DNA from: a virus
Taxonomy: Duplodnaviria; Caudoviricetes
IMG/VR virus record: IMGVR_UViG_3300029267_004155
Length of the DNA stretch: 64,000 nucleotides
Reading direction: 5' to 3' (one strand)
The position numbers and the translations under genes were made by a program. Below the pieces are notes generated by a model that saw only the letters and a program-made list of their open reading frames with translations, did not search any database and had not been told where the DNA came from. Of the stretch, positions 10,350 through 21,302 are shown in pieces (the first letter of the stretch is position 1; each line of letters starts with the position of its first letter).

Positions 10350-10878
10350 CGAGACGACCTGGAGAGAGGATCATCTGAGGCACGTCGAGAGGGTGCGCGA
10401 GCTGATCGGGGGTTTCATCGCCGAGCTGGCCGAGAGGGCCAGGGGCCACGACGCCAGCAAGCTGACGGACCAGTGCGAGCGGGAGGGCTTCAGCGGGGCC
10501 TTCCATCGGCTCCGGGGGCTGACCTACGGGAGCCCGGAGTACAAGGCGCAGCTGGAGGACCCGAAGGTGGGAGGGCCTCTGACGAGCGCCGTCCACCATC
10601 ACCGGGCGGCCAACCGGCACCATCCCGAGTTCCACGAGAACGGCGTCCTGGACATGGACCTGGTCGACCTCGACGAGATGTTCGCGGACTGGGTCTCGGC
10701 ATGCGACAGACACGACGACGGCGACATCTTCAAGAGCATCGAGCACAACGAGAAGCGGTTCGGCATGGGGCCTGTCCTGACGGCCGTCTTCGTGAACACG
10801 GCCCGGAGGATCAAGGCTCGGGAGGCCAGGATCTTGACGGACAACAAGAAGCCCTGCAAGGGCTGCGGGAAGGATTGA
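10342..10878 (+). CDS. HD-like phage protein (DUF5662-like)
   Basis: HDASK...HHHRAANRHHPE...DLDEMFADW. Confidence 0.7.
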   Translation: MADETTWREDHLRHVERVRELIGGFIAELAERARGHDASKLTDQCEREGFSGAFHRLRGLTYGSPEYKAQLEDPKVGGPLTSAVHHHRAANRHHPEFHENGVLDMDLVDLDEMFADWVSACDRHDDGDIFKSIEHNEKRFGMGPVLTAVFVNTARRIKAREARILTDNKKPCKGCGKD

Positions 10879-11080
10879 GCGATGTTCGAGGAAAAGATAC
10901 TCAAGCTGGAGGTCTGCCGGAGGGTCATGGCTCGCCGGGAGTTTGCCGACAGGTTTCATGATGGGAGTTGCGGGGGGAAGGTGATGAGACCTGGAAGCAA
11001 ATCAAGCCCGACAGGACTGACGATCAGTCACGAGCTTCGGATGCTGCAGGCTGCCGAGAAGCGCTTTGGTGATTTCCTGA

Positions 11081-11287
11081 TGGGCCTTCGACCACTACAA
11101 GAAGGGATGGCCCTTCTCCTACGACTCCGCGAGGGACGTGCGGACCGCGTGTGACGTATTGGGGTTCGACCGCAGCACCTTTGTTGTCGAGGGCCTGGGG
11201 GCTCACAACGCCCTCGACGACGCGAAGTACGCGGCGCTGTGCGTCCAGGCCGCGTTCAGGCAGGCGAAGGAGAGGGAGGTGAAGTGA
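11081..11287 (+). pseudogene. C-terminal remnant of a DEDDh 3'-5' exonuclease
   Basis: Frame reads WAFDHYKKGWPFSYDSARDVRT...HNALDDAKY with an in-frame TGA immediately upstream and no N-terminal DxE motif. Confidence 0.6.
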
Positions 11288-12267
11288 TGCCGAAGAGAAT
11301 ACCGGTCAAGGTGGCCAGGGAGCTGGGCAAGAGTTTGGGGCTCGACCAGCTCATGCTGTTCGGGTGGGATCGTGAGACCGGGAAGGAGCATGTCGTCACC
11401 TGGGGCAGGACCCGGGAGGACTGCGACCAGATGGCCCAGTGCGGGAACTGGTTCAAGGAGAAGGCGCGGGGATGGCCTCACAACGAGTGCTGTGCCGAGC
11501 CGAGCCGGGTGAGGCGGCTCAAGGCCGAGGCGGTCGAGCTGAAGCGGAAGGTCGAGCGGTTGAAGGCGGAGCTTGGGAGACGTGACCCCTGCACCTGCGA
11601 CGAGATGGGCGACAGTCCTTGTCCGAGGCATGCCAGGGAGAACCGGCTCCAGGAAGCGCTTCTGAAGTTGCGGGAGGTGTGTTCCGAGGCCGAGAGAAAC
11701 GGCCATGGCGCCGACCGGATGGAGGAGCCGAGGCTCCCGTTCTCGGCTCCGACGAGCTCGATGGACACCATTCAGGCGAGGATCGAGGCCGAGGAGGACA
11801 AGGCCATGATGGGGTGTGCCGGGAAGTGCGGGGCGTGCGGGAACGCGGCGGCCGCGGCCTGGGACCGGAAGGACAAGGCCGCTCCTCCCGCGACGGACGG
11901 CGTGACCCTGTTCGTCTGCTCGTCAGTCGACGAGGATGTCGCGAGGATGAGGGAATGCCTGAGCCGGGGCAGGGAGTGGGTGTCCGAAACGGCGTCCAGG
12001 GTCACGTCCAAGAGGGGAGAGACCTTCGTCTTCAAGTGTTGGCACGAGGTTCTGCGCGGCTGCAAGGGGGTGGACGTCACGACGCTGGTCTGGTCGGACA
12101 GTGTCATGCTGGGCGACGAGTACGAGGAGGCCATCAGGCGTTCGGTCCTGCCGCTTCGGGAGGTGGGCGAGGCCGAGTTCTGGGCCGGCCTGCGGGTGGG
12201 GCCTGGCGTTTACAACCCGAACGCCGTCTCGAAGGTGGATATGTGGGGGGCCGACCGCGACGGATGA
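11287..12267 (+). CDS. Mosaic hypothetical protein
   Basis: MPKRIPV... start overlaps the upstream TGA. Confidence 0.6.
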   Translation: MPKRIPVKVARELGKSLGLDQLMLFGWDRETGKEHVVTWGRTREDCDQMAQCGNWFKEKARGWPHNECCAEPSRVRRLKAEAVELKRKVERLKAELGRRDPCTCDEMGDSPCPRHARENRLQEALLKLREVCSEAERNGHGADRMEEPRLPFSAPTSSMDTIQARIEAEEDKAMMGCAGKCGACGNAAAAAWDRKDKAAPPATDGVTLFVCSSVDEDVARMRECLSRGREWVSETASRVTSKRGETFVFKCWHEVLRGCKGVDVTTLVWSDSVMLGDEYEEAIRRSVLPLREVGEAEFWAGLRVGPGVYNPNAVSKVDMWGADRDG

Positions 12268-12360
12268 CTATGCGCATGATAGATTGAAGGCAGCCGCGCG
12301 TCATGGCCTGGACGGGCTCATGAGGCGGAACGGAGGCGGGGTCCGGACACCAGAGGAGGC

Positions 12361-12684
12361 GTGACGATGGCTTTCGAGAGCAGAGAGGACTACATGGCGA
12401 GGATCGATCCTAAGACGTTGTCCAACCCTGGAAGCCATGTCGTCTCCGACGCGGACGGTCTGCTTGGGGTCTCCAGGGAGTCGATGCGGGCGGTCAGGAT
12501 CGAGGTGAACGGGGAGGTTCGGGGAAGCGTGATGCTGTGCTCCGAGCTGTCCGACGCGACCCTGGCCAGGAACCTGAGTTGGAACGACAGGCTCAACCTG
12601 GGCTACGGGGTCCTCGTCGACATGACGGCCGCGTCCGAGATCGTGGTGGACATGGCTGGCGGCATCGTTCAGGCGACGATATAG
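12361..12684 (+). CDS. Hypothetical protein
   Basis: GAGGAGG RBS. Confidence 0.5.
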   Translation: MTMAFESREDYMARIDPKTLSNPGSHVVSDADGLLGVSRESMRAVRIEVNGEVRGSVMLCSELSDATLARNLSWNDRLNLGYGVLVDMTAASEIVVDMAGGIVQATI

Positions 12685-12691
12685 GGAGGGG

Positions 12692-13225
12692 ATGGCGATG
12701 AGGTACGTGGAGGCAGAAGTGATGACGAGCCGGGAGTCGGTCGAGGCCCTCCGGGAGTTCCTGGGGCCCTTGGAGGGCGTCACCGTGCTCGCCTGCGATG
12801 ACCTGCAGAGGGCGACGAAGGGGCATGTCGCCTTCTACGAGGGCGACGACGGGGAGGAGCGGACGATCTGCTTCCAGTGGCGGTTCGCCAAGGTTCCCAT
12901 GGTGAAGGTCTACGACCGCAGGGAGTACGAGGAGGAGGAGCGTCTCAAGATCATCGGGATGCTGGAGAGCCTGGAACCTGATGATCCTGCCAGATCGCTT
13001 GAGCCTCCGACCTTCGAGGAGCTGATCGAGGAGTGCATGGGCGAAGGCTGGGTGAAGTGCGACGACCCGCAGAACAGGCGTATCGGGTTCGCCAAGTACG
13101 CCGAGCTGACAGGTGTCGCGGAGAGCAGCGTTCTTCTTTTCGACCTGTTAGACATCAAGGGTCTGGACAAGGGTCTTCGGGACCGGCTGATGGAATGGCG
13201 AGGAAAGAGGAAGGCGGGAGATTGA
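12692..13225 (+). CDS. Hypothetical protein
   Basis: RBS; GC3-rich codon usage. Confidence 0.6.
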   Translation: MAMRYVEAEVMTSRESVEALREFLGPLEGVTVLACDDLQRATKGHVAFYEGDDGEERTICFQWRFAKVPMVKVYDRREYEEEERLKIIGMLESLEPDDPARSLEPPTFEELIEECMGEGWVKCDDPQNRRIGFAKYAELTGVAESSVLLFDLLDIKGLDKGLRDRLMEWRGKRKAGD

Positions 13226-13227
13226 CG

Positions 13228-13626
13228 ATGGGGAGGTTTGGCCGCAAGGAGTTCATGGCCCAGCTCTTCGTGGTGGACTCCGTGGAGAACCGCGTTGTCG
13301 CCATGTGCGCGAAGAGTGACGATGCCGACATGGTCGTCAAGGCCCTGAACGCACGCGGGGGAGAGGCGGGGGCCGGCTCCCCGGCCGGGGAGTGCCCCCT
13401 GCAGGCGACTCATCGGCTCAGGAAGCCATTCCGGGATGCCGCGAGCCATGTCTCCATTCGGCGAGGGGCTCGGGCCTCGGTCTCTGGCAGCCGGGTGGCC
13501 TTTCTGGACAAGCGCGGCAACGTCAGGAGCGTTTCCTGTGGGAAGGGCGACAGTCGGAGCTGGTGCATGGTCTACGACGGGGCCTTCTTCGAGCCCTTGT
13601 CGGACTGGTTCGAGGAGCTGGGCTGA
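13228..13626 (+). CDS. Hypothetical protein
   Basis: Operon context. Confidence 0.5.
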   Translation: MGRFGRKEFMAQLFVVDSVENRVVAMCAKSDDADMVVKALNARGGEAGAGSPAGECPLQATHRLRKPFRDAASHVSIRRGARASVSGSRVAFLDKRGNVRSVSCGKGDSRSWCMVYDGAFFEPLSDWFEELG

Positions 13627-14030
13627 TGCCTCCGAAGACGGTGACATGCGTGGTCTGCGGCCAGGAGGTCAGCAAGCGGAAGACGCTGCTGATCGAGGGA
13701 GGCCGGGCTTGCCGCGACCACGACGAGGTGAGGGCGTGGGAGGAGCTCCGGAAGCTGGAGTCCGACATGGCCGAGGTTGGCGAGAGTCTCAGGGTGATGG
13801 TGCTGGCGGCGGGGGTTCGGACGACCCACTCGCTTGCCAGGACGCCCGTGGAGACGCTGTATGGGCGCATATCGAGCCGCTGGGGCCTGTCCACGGCCGA
13901 GAGCGTGCGCAGGAAGGTGGACGAGCACGGAGGGCCTCTGATGACGGCCGTGGAGCTGTCTTCGGTCATCGCTGACGGCCTGATGATGAGGGCGAGGATG
14001 GCCAAGCTGGAAAAGGAGATGGAAGGATGA
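13626..14030 (+). CDS. Zn-finger hypothetical protein
   Basis: CVVC...CRDH. Confidence 0.55.
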   Translation: MPPKTVTCVVCGQEVSKRKTLLIEGGRACRDHDEVRAWEELRKLESDMAEVGESLRVMVLAAGVRTTHSLARTPVETLYGRISSRWGLSTAESVRRKVDEHGGPLMTAVELSSVIADGLMMRARMAKLEKEMEG

Positions 14031-14566
14031 AGAGGGGTTTCAAGACGACGATCACGCAGGCCGCGGACGGCAACGTCGTGGCGAGGGTTGGGTGCAAGCT
14101 GTTCGTCGGAGCGCCGGCGGACCTGAAGGGGCTCGCCGCCTACTACGGGGGCGAACTGCCGAGGGGCTTCAAGCGCCTGATGGGCGGGATGGAGCCGTGG
14201 ATGGGAGGGGGGCCGGAGCCGTGTGGTTGCCAGTCGGCCGTTCCCTTGCGATGCCACGAGCTGTCGTGGGGCAAGTCGGTCGCGGCGGTGACGATGGCCG
14301 ACAACGGCTACGTGGTCCGGATGGGCGACGTCGACGTGGTCTTCAAGGCCGGGACGGACGTGGCGAGGGCGCTGGACGAGGTCTTCGAGGGGTTGGTCCT
14401 TTTCGGGGCCAGCGGGCGGCCGGAGTGCTGCGACGGCACCACGGGGCCGACGGGCACCACGGGGCCGACGGGCACCACGGGGCCGACGGGCACCACGGGG
14501 GCGGTCGAGGCTGAGGGCTCGGGTGGCGATCCTGGCGCCGTCTCCGGCGAGATGGGGGAGATATGA
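14027..14566 (+). CDS. Hypothetical protein, paralog of 23045..23452, with GTTGPT repeat
   Basis: Shared RxGCKxxxxxPxDLKGLxxY motif. Confidence 0.6.
   Translation: MKRGFKTTITQAADGNVVARVGCKLFVGAPADLKGLAAYYGGELPRGFKRLMGGMEPWMGGGPEPCGCQSAVPLRCHELSWGKSVAAVTMADNGYVVRMGDVDVVFKAGTDVARALDEVFEGLVLFGASGRPECCDGTTGPTGTTGPTGTTGPTGTTGAVEAEGSGGDPGAVSGEMGEI
14435..14499 (+). repeat. 18-bp tandem repeat GGCACCACGGGGCCGACG (about 3.5 copies, collagen-like GTTGPT)
   Basis: Seen directly. Confidence 0.9.
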
Positions 14567-14862
14567 CTCGAACGAGATTTACCGAGGTGGAGGTGGCCGA
14601 CTCCGTGGCGGGGGTCGGCACGGCGTCGATCAAGGCCGAGGTGCCGATCGACCCGGACCTGCCGCCGGCGGAGGTGACGATAGACGTGGCGGTTCCGACG
14701 AGGGGCAAGAGGAGCGTGAGCGTCTGCGCCTGCGCCTCGGCTCCGCTGCCGCCGGGGGCCAACGCCTTGAAGGCGTGCGCCCTGATGCTGGAGGAGCTCG
14801 CCGCCAGGCTGTGGGCGGACCTGGAGCTGGCGCCGGACTTGGCGCCGTTGCTGAAGGAGTGA
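14563..14862 (+). CDS. Hypothetical protein
   Basis: ATGA coupling. Confidence 0.5.
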   Translation: MTRTRFTEVEVADSVAGVGTASIKAEVPIDPDLPPAEVTIDVAVPTRGKRSVSVCACASAPLPPGANALKACALMLEELAARLWADLELAPDLAPLLKE

Positions 14863-14866
14863 CGTT

Positions 14867-15430
14867 ATGCTTTGCGAGACGGTGAGGGAGTGGATGGACG
14901 CGATGAGGGGGCACGCGTGTCCCGAGTCGGTCGCGATGGCCGACCCGAGGAGGTTCGACCCGGACGACGATCCCGAGAGCGAGGAGGACGGGAAGGCGGC
15001 GCCGCGGATCGGGTACGTCTGCCGGGGGTGCGGGGAGTCGTTCGCCGTCCGTGGCTCCGTGCTCCAGGCCGACCCCAGCTTCGAGGGCGGCTTCAAGGAT
15101 TTGTTCGCCGGCGTCGACGGGAGGATGAGGCTGGCGGTCATGATGAGCGGGGCGCCTCCGGAGGCGCCCGGGGAGATGGCCGGAAAGCCCAGGGTGATGG
15201 CCTTCCCCAAGACGCCCGAGCCGGAGGGCAACCGGCAGGCCCGGAGGCTGCTCCAGTGGGAGAAGATGGACGACGACGGCTTCGAGTGGCGTGCGCCGGT
15301 GCCAGGTGGCTGGCTCGTCAAGACCATGGACAAGGTGGTTCATTTCGATGGTGGTTCGAGGCGGGATGGGGAGGACTGGAGGCCGAGCCTCGCCTTCGTC
15401 CCCGACCCCGGGCACGTCTGGGGGAAGTGA
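14867..15430 (+). CDS. Hypothetical protein
   Basis: RBS; WRAPVPGGWLV...FVPDPGHVW tail. Confidence 0.55.
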   Translation: MLCETVREWMDAMRGHACPESVAMADPRRFDPDDDPESEEDGKAAPRIGYVCRGCGESFAVRGSVLQADPSFEGGFKDLFAGVDGRMRLAVMMSGAPPEAPGEMAGKPRVMAFPKTPEPEGNRQARRLLQWEKMDDDGFEWRAPVPGGWLVKTMDKVVHFDGGSRRDGEDWRPSLAFVPDPGHVWGK

Positions 15431-16448
15431 CATGAGGTGGTTCGTCATTCATTCGGCTCCGGGGGATGTCCGTGGGTTTAAGAGCTTCCCCGAGGAGGCC
15501 AAGGCGGAGATGGAGGAGTGGATCGCCGGGAAGGTGACGGAGGGCCACCCCGCGACCGACTTCACGGTCGTCAGGGGCTGGCGGCACGCCGTCCGGCCGA
15601 GGACGGCGGTGGTGGGCGTCAAGGTGGGAAAGGCGGTGGGAGAGGTGATTGGCGACGACCCTCCCGGCCCGGAGCACAAGGACGGAAGATGACCATGAGT
15701 CCGGAGGAGATGGTGGCCGACGCGGCCAGGAGATGCGGGGTTCCGGAGGAGGAGCTTCGGAGCTACAGCTTTCCGAAGATGTTCGGGAGTGCGGCGGGGA
15801 CGGCCGGCGATCCTCGGGACGACGAGCCGCCGGAGCCTCCTCCGCCTCCGACGCTCTCGGCCGGCCAGTTCCGGGCTTCTCTTCCGACCTTCCGCCGGCG
15901 ACCTGGCCGGCACCCGCTGACCCGGTGGCTCCAGCGCAAGCATGGAGGGGGCCGGCGGTGAGCGTGACGGTCATGATGCGGACGGACGCCGGGGTCGTGG
16001 TCGAGGCCGAGGTGAAGGAGGGGGTCTTCATCCAGATGGGGACGGCTCTCGTTGCGGGGGAGGACGGGAAGGTCCGACCCATGAACAGGGACGACTTCCT
16101 CGGCGCCGTCGGTTTCTCCCTGGGCGTTTCCCCGGACGACGGCTCGGTGCAGGCCGGCGACGAGATTATTCTGCCGGAAACCTCCAGGGACTGACATGGC
16201 GCGGCGTATGCTAGGTGAAAGGCAGGAAGGAGTCAGGCGATGAACGAAGGTGAGATAAGGCAGTTGGCACAGCTGTTCGCACTCCAGGCCGAGATGCACG
16301 CCGTGGTGGCTGAGATTGAAGCTGTCAAGATAGTGGTTGCGAATCAGAAGATGCTGAGGAAGGGGGGAAGGCCTGTTTGTGACGAGAAGGCTTTCGAGAA
16401 GGCGAGGGACGAGCTGTTTTCCATAGCCCACGCCATGCGGACCAAGAT

Positions 16449-17375
16449 ATGACGGGAAGGAGTCCGGAGATGAGGTTCAAGACGAGGCGGATCGAGGTCG
16501 AGGCGACCCGGTGGTTCAGGAATGGCGACCATCCGGAGGACGAGTCGGTGCCGGTCGAGGATGACGGATCGGTTGTTCAGGGTAAGTGGGATGAGCTGAC
16601 CGAGGGCAAGGTGGTCAGACGGTTCAGACATCCGGGCCATCCGGGTCACGATCACTGTCCGATCTGCCACGAGGTCAATCATCTTCACGGTTGGATCGAC
16701 AGCGGTGGTGATGGTCAGACCGTCTGCCCGGGCGACTGGGTGGTGACGCTGCCGGGCGGCCAGAGGGTGGCGTGCCCGCACGCCTTCTTTTCGAAGGCCT
16801 ACCTGGTGCCCGAGGCGGAGGCCGGCCCGGAGTTCGCCGGCGGCGTGACGACCGCGGAGGCCAGCGTTAAAAGGGATGCGATGAAGGCCGCGCGCCAGCG
16901 CCAGGACGAGGAGCAGCGCTGGAAGGACGAGGGCCATGCCGTATGGCATCAGCACGGTGGGATGAAGCACGCGCCCCGGGTCGACCCGGAGGTGTTCGGA
17001 CCCCACTCATATCCGCACCAGGACGGAACGAGCGATTGCTCCCATGGGTGCGGTTGCTGGATGGGGCCTACCAGGAGCGGCGGCCCGGTTGATCCGATGG
17101 GGGCGTGCCCCGAGAACGTCAAGGCCGGCCAGGTGGTTGCCGAGAAAGAGCAGCTTGGTCCCGGCTCGGAGCCTGCCGGCCAGATTCCGTCGAGCGACAC
17201 GATCTGTGTCCCGGGCATCGAGTCCTGGTTCAAGCCTCCCGAGGAGCCGGCGAGCGATCCGGCGTACGTCAAGCACGTCCTCTGTAAGGGTGTCAGGTGC
17301 CACGTGCTGAGCTGGGACGAGAACGGGACGCGCTGCTCCGAGCCCAAGTGCATCGTGAATAGGAGGGACGAGTGA
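16449..17375 (+). CDS. Phage protein with PGDW(V/I) domain plus Cys-rich extensions
   Basis: VEATRWFRNGDHP...HGWID...VCPGDWVV...F.KAY. Confidence 0.65.
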   Translation: MTGRSPEMRFKTRRIEVEATRWFRNGDHPEDESVPVEDDGSVVQGKWDELTEGKVVRRFRHPGHPGHDHCPICHEVNHLHGWIDSGGDGQTVCPGDWVVTLPGGQRVACPHAFFSKAYLVPEAEAGPEFAGGVTTAEASVKRDAMKAARQRQDEEQRWKDEGHAVWHQHGGMKHAPRVDPEVFGPHSYPHQDGTSDCSHGCGCWMGPTRSGGPVDPMGACPENVKAGQVVAEKEQLGPGSEPAGQIPSSDTICVPGIESWFKPPEEPASDPAYVKHVLCKGVRCHVLSWDENGTRCSEPKCIVNRRDE

Positions 17376-18001
17376 TGCCGGCTGTCAACCATCCCATGCA
17401 CGTGGGGATGCTCCGAAGGTGGAAGGACGACCCCAGGGGCGACCTGTACGGCTGCCAGTGGGGCGACCCGGAGGAGGGCCACGAGATCGTGACCCTCGCC
17501 AGGGACCACTACCTGCTGCCCTTGCTGGGGCCGTCCTCCACGGTGGTCGAGATAGGGCCGGGAGGGGGCAGGTGGACCAGGTACATGACGGGATGCAGGA
17601 AGGTCTACGCCGTCGATGTCTCCCGTGAGATGCTCGACGAGCTGGCGCGCTCGTTCCGGCATCCGTTCCTGGTGCCCGTCCTGGGTGGCGGCACGGACCT
17701 GGCCGGCGTGCCTGACGGCTGCGCCGACCTGGTCTGGTCGTATGACGTCTTCGTCCATCTGGAGCTGGACGCGATACGGGCCTACCTGAAGGAGATGTGG
17801 AGGGTGCTGAGGCGGGGCGGCCAGGGCGTCATCCACTACTCCGACAAGACCAAGCCGAATGGTTTGGCCAACACCGGCTTCTCCGACAACGACCCGGCGA
17901 GGATGAGGGCCGCGGTCGGGGATGCCGGCTTCCGGATCGTGGGCGAGAACGTGACCTGGAACCCGATGGGCGCGATAATCTGGTTCGAGAGGCCGGGATG
18001 A
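17372..18001 (+). CDS. Class I SAM-dependent methyltransferase
   Basis: VEIGPGGGRWT, VDVS, D.VWSYDVFVHL, RVLRRGG. Confidence 0.88.
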   Translation: MMPAVNHPMHVGMLRRWKDDPRGDLYGCQWGDPEEGHEIVTLARDHYLLPLLGPSSTVVEIGPGGGRWTRYMTGCRKVYAVDVSREMLDELARSFRHPFLVPVLGGGTDLAGVPDGCADLVWSYDVFVHLELDAIRAYLKEMWRVLRRGGQGVIHYSDKTKPNGLANTGFSDNDPARMRAAVGDAGFRIVGENVTWNPMGAIIWFERPG

Positions 18002-18621
18002 CGGTCGACACGCCAACCGGGCCGGTCGAGGTGCCGGCCAGGGCCATGAGGGCCGTCTGGCAGGGCGACGGCGTCGTGTTCGAGTGCGACGTGTGCAAGA
18101 CGGAGGGGTGGAGCTACTCGAAGAGCAAGACGGACTCGGTCAGGCGGATGGTGGCCCTGGAGGGTTGGCGGTGGGGCTTGAGGGACGTGTACGAGACTCA
18201 TGGGTGGACCTGCGGGGTCTGCTCGGCGCAGCTGACGCAGACGGACGTGAGGGCCGAAGAAGAGGAGATGGCCGATGGGTAGGAAGATGGAGATGGGGTG
18301 GCAGTTCGCGGCCGTGATGATCGTCTTCGTCATGCTGTACGGGGTCGTTAGGGCCCGGATGGACAGGGCTCGGGGCATTACGCCGCTGGGCGAGGAGCCG
18401 AAGGCTGCGGAGGTGGCTGGCGAGATCGAGAAGGAGCCGAATACGCCGTTTCTGATGCCGGTTAGGTTCGAGGTCGTGTCGAACCAGGACATACGGGCCT
18501 GGAGGAGCTTGCCGGTCGGCATCCGGGCCGTCGTGCTGCGGGACGTGGGGACCGGAGTGGAGTACCTCGTCCTGGAGGGCGGTTCGGGCGTCGCCGCAAT
18601 CGAGATCGCCGAAGGAGGAAG

Positions 18622-19035
18622 ATGATGAGCAAGATTAAAGCATTGGAAAGGCGCGTCACGCATCTTGAGAGGCGGATCGCCCACCTGGCCGATGCCAACG
18701 GTCTGAGGACGTTGGAGGAGACCGTCGGATACGAGCCTCCTGAGGAGCCCCAGGGGAGCGAGCCGGTCGAGAAGGTGGAGTCGTACCCGCTCGGCATGTG
18801 CCGGCTCGTCGACGTCACGCTGCCGTCGGGCGAGCGGTTCGGGAATGGCCCTGTGAGCGTCGAGGACAGCCTCTCGGAGGCTCTCGGCCTGCTGGAGCGG
18901 TGTCGGGTCCTCATGGGCCACTCGCCGCCTCTCAGCGACGACGTGAGGGCGTTCCTGGAGGGGCAGGGGGTCCCGGACCATGAGAGCGCCGAGTGGCAGG
19001 AGATGACGACGGGGCACAAGGAGGTCGAGGTATGA
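18622..19035 (+). CDS. Hypothetical protein
   Basis: RBS; N-terminal coiled coil. Confidence 0.5.
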   Translation: MMSKIKALERRVTHLERRIAHLADANGLRTLEETVGYEPPEEPQGSEPVEKVESYPLGMCRLVDVTLPSGERFGNGPVSVEDSLSEALGLLERCRVLMGHSPPLSDDVRAFLEGQGVPDHESAEWQEMTTGHKEVEV

Positions 19036-19057
19036 AGGCCGAGCTGGAGGAGAGTTG

Positions 19058-19354
19058 ATGGCGGGCAAGGGTGACACGCCGAGGCCGGTGAACAGGGCCA
19101 GGTACGACGAGGGCTATGAGCGGATATTCGGAACCGACGACGAGGTGGCCCGGAGGCGGCGGGCCTCCATGGGGAAGGTTCGAGGTGAGAGGGGGTCTGC
19201 TGTCGTGATGGACGATTTCGCCTTCGTCGACGGGTCGATGGCCGCGGACATGGAGGAGATCGAGCTGGCAGTCGCCAAGGGGTTGCGGCTGCCGATTCAG
19301 TTCCTGGTTGGCGACGACGGGGATGTGAGGACGAGCAAGGAGGAGAAGTTATGA
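19058..19354 (+). CDS. Small protein, GKGDTPRP...YERIF N-terminus and GDVRTSKEE tail
   Basis: RBS; motif. Confidence 0.55.
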   Translation: MAGKGDTPRPVNRARYDEGYERIFGTDDEVARRRRASMGKVRGERGSAVVMDDFAFVDGSMAADMEEIELAVAKGLRLPIQFLVGDDGDVRTSKEEKL

Positions 19355-19943
19355 AGGTCGGGAACTGGGTCGCGTTGAAGCAGGGCCTTGTCGCGGGAAG
19401 TTCTCCGGGAGCCGAGATCGTGGTGGCCAGGGGCTGCGTCGGGACGGTGATTGATACGGACGCCGGGGTTTTCGGTGGTCCTCCCAAGGTGAGGGTAGCC
19501 TTCGAGGTGGCCAGACAGGCCTTGATCGTGAGGGCCTGGGTCGTGGTTGAGGATGACTTTCTGAAGGACGGAGGGCCGAATGACGCCTTCGACTCGAAGG
19601 CTCGCTACGACAACGGGATGACGTACAGAGAGATGCTGGAGGGCTAGGGGATGGGCGTGTTGTCTGATCTGCTGGTGAGGCACGGGATCGTCCAGGAGGT
19701 GGCGGTCGAGGACCCCGAGGGCTACGACGGAGGTAGGAAAGAGGAGGCCATCGCCAAGGTCGAGGCAGAGCTTGGCGACATGAACGGCAACGCCGTGACC
19801 CTCCATCGCCAGGCGAAGGAGCAGAAGGAGGTTCTGGAGCGGGAGGTCCACCACCTGTCCGGGGCCGTCCTGACGGATTGAGGATGGTCGATGGCGGTGA
19901 TGGCGACGGACGAGGAGATGGCCATGAGATTGGCGAGGACAAC

Positions 19944-20771
19944 ATGGCGAAGGAGAAGGTCATGAGGGAGAGCAATGCTGGCAACGCGGCGAGGGCGGCC
20001 TCGCTGGGTGACAGGGTCGTGGAGATGCTTGTGGAGGCCGACGCGACCCGGGAGGAGTCGGGCGCCAGGGTGGCCGAGGCCATGAAGGGGGTCCTGGAGG
20101 GAATCAGGGCGTTCCTGGGGAGCACCTCGCTGGAAGTCGCGCTCGTGAGCGCGACCTGCTGTGACAGGCAGCGCTACGAGATCGTCCTGAGCGGGGAGTC
20201 CCTGGCGTCCAGGCTCTCGCTGGTCCGCGTCAGCATCGACCAGGACGGCGTCGTGATGCTCGGCTACGGCACTCTGATGTCCGGCATGGGCTGGAACAGG
20301 GTCTGGGGCGAGCTGGACGATTCCCTGGCGGACGCGATCCCGGTGGCCGACATCGTCAAGATCAAGAGGGAGTGGGTTCGCTGGAGCGCCCCGGCCACGC
20401 CGAGGGAGCCGGTGACGTGGCCGGTCAGGAGCGTCGAGTTCATGGGGGAGGTGGCTCCGGGGACGTGGAAGATGAGGATAGACGTGGCGGTCGACGGGGA
20501 GGTGAGGGAGGGGGACGTCCTCTCCGTCGTGGCCGGCAACCGCTGGAGGGTCGAGTCCAGCCTGGGCGACGACGTCTTCACCTGCGTGGGGCCCGACCCG
20601 GACCTGCCGCCCCGGGGCGCGCTGGCCGACGGCGACGTCGACGTCGAGGTCGTCAGGTGGTGGGCCAGGCAGATGTCGATGCTCGCCGACTCCTTCGACG
20701 ACAGGCGCAGGAGGAGGAAGTGCCTCAAGGCGGCCAGGCTCATGTTCGAGGTGACGGGGGGACGGGAATGA
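19944..20771 (+). CDS. Hypothetical protein
   Basis: Long ORF; GAGG RBS. Confidence 0.55.
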   Translation: MAKEKVMRESNAGNAARAASLGDRVVEMLVEADATREESGARVAEAMKGVLEGIRAFLGSTSLEVALVSATCCDRQRYEIVLSGESLASRLSLVRVSIDQDGVVMLGYGTLMSGMGWNRVWGELDDSLADAIPVADIVKIKREWVRWSAPATPREPVTWPVRSVEFMGEVAPGTWKMRIDVAVDGEVREGDVLSVVAGNRWRVESSLGDDVFTCVGPDPDLPPRGALADGDVDVEVVRWWARQMSMLADSFDDRRRRRKCLKAARLMFEVTGGRE

Positions 20772-21301
20772 CGAAGGTCGAGATCAGGGACGCGACCCAG
20801 TTCTGCGAGCTCGTCCGGCTGCTGAGGGCCATGGCGGAGCGGGCGGGCCTCGTCGTGCGGCCGTTCGAGACGCCGGCCGAGGGCGTCGTCGGCTACTCGG
20901 TCGTGGCCGACTCGAAGGACGAGCCGCTGCCGGAGGTGGGCGTCTCCTTCAGGGTGGACCGTGAGCTGGATGTCGAGGTGGTCTCCATGGAGCACGCCGG
21001 CCACCTGCCGCCTGGCGAGGTGCTGGTCATGGGCGAGAACGGCCGGCGGAGCGGCCTGGAGAAGCTGATGGAATGCCTGAGGGGGGCCGAGTGGGTGAGG
21101 GCCGACGACGCGAGGAGGCTGCTGGTCGGCTTCGCGAGGCCGGACGGGGACAGGATCGCCGTCAGGCAGTTCAGGTTGATGGAGCTGAAGATGGGTCTGG
21201 CCAGCGAGGGAGTGGGCGCGGAGGTGAACAGGCTGCGGGGCGAGAAGGATGGCGACGGCTTCAGGAAGATGCTCTCGGCCATGGCCGGGGAGGAGCTGTG
21301 A
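20768..21301 (+). CDS. Hypothetical protein
   Basis: ATGA coupling. Confidence 0.55.
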   Translation: MTKVEIRDATQFCELVRLLRAMAERAGLVVRPFETPAEGVVGYSVVADSKDEPLPEVGVSFRVDRELDVEVVSMEHAGHLPPGEVLVMGENGRRSGLEKLMECLRGAEWVRADDARRLLVGFARPDGDRIAVRQFRLMELKMGLASEGVGAEVNRLRGEKDGDGFRKMLSAMAGEEL

Positions 21302-21302
21302 C

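Noticed and set aside
19190-19310. Portal-protein fragment in ORF 19058..19354
   Set aside because: Resemblance (EEIELAVAKGLRLP) is too short to support without a profile search.
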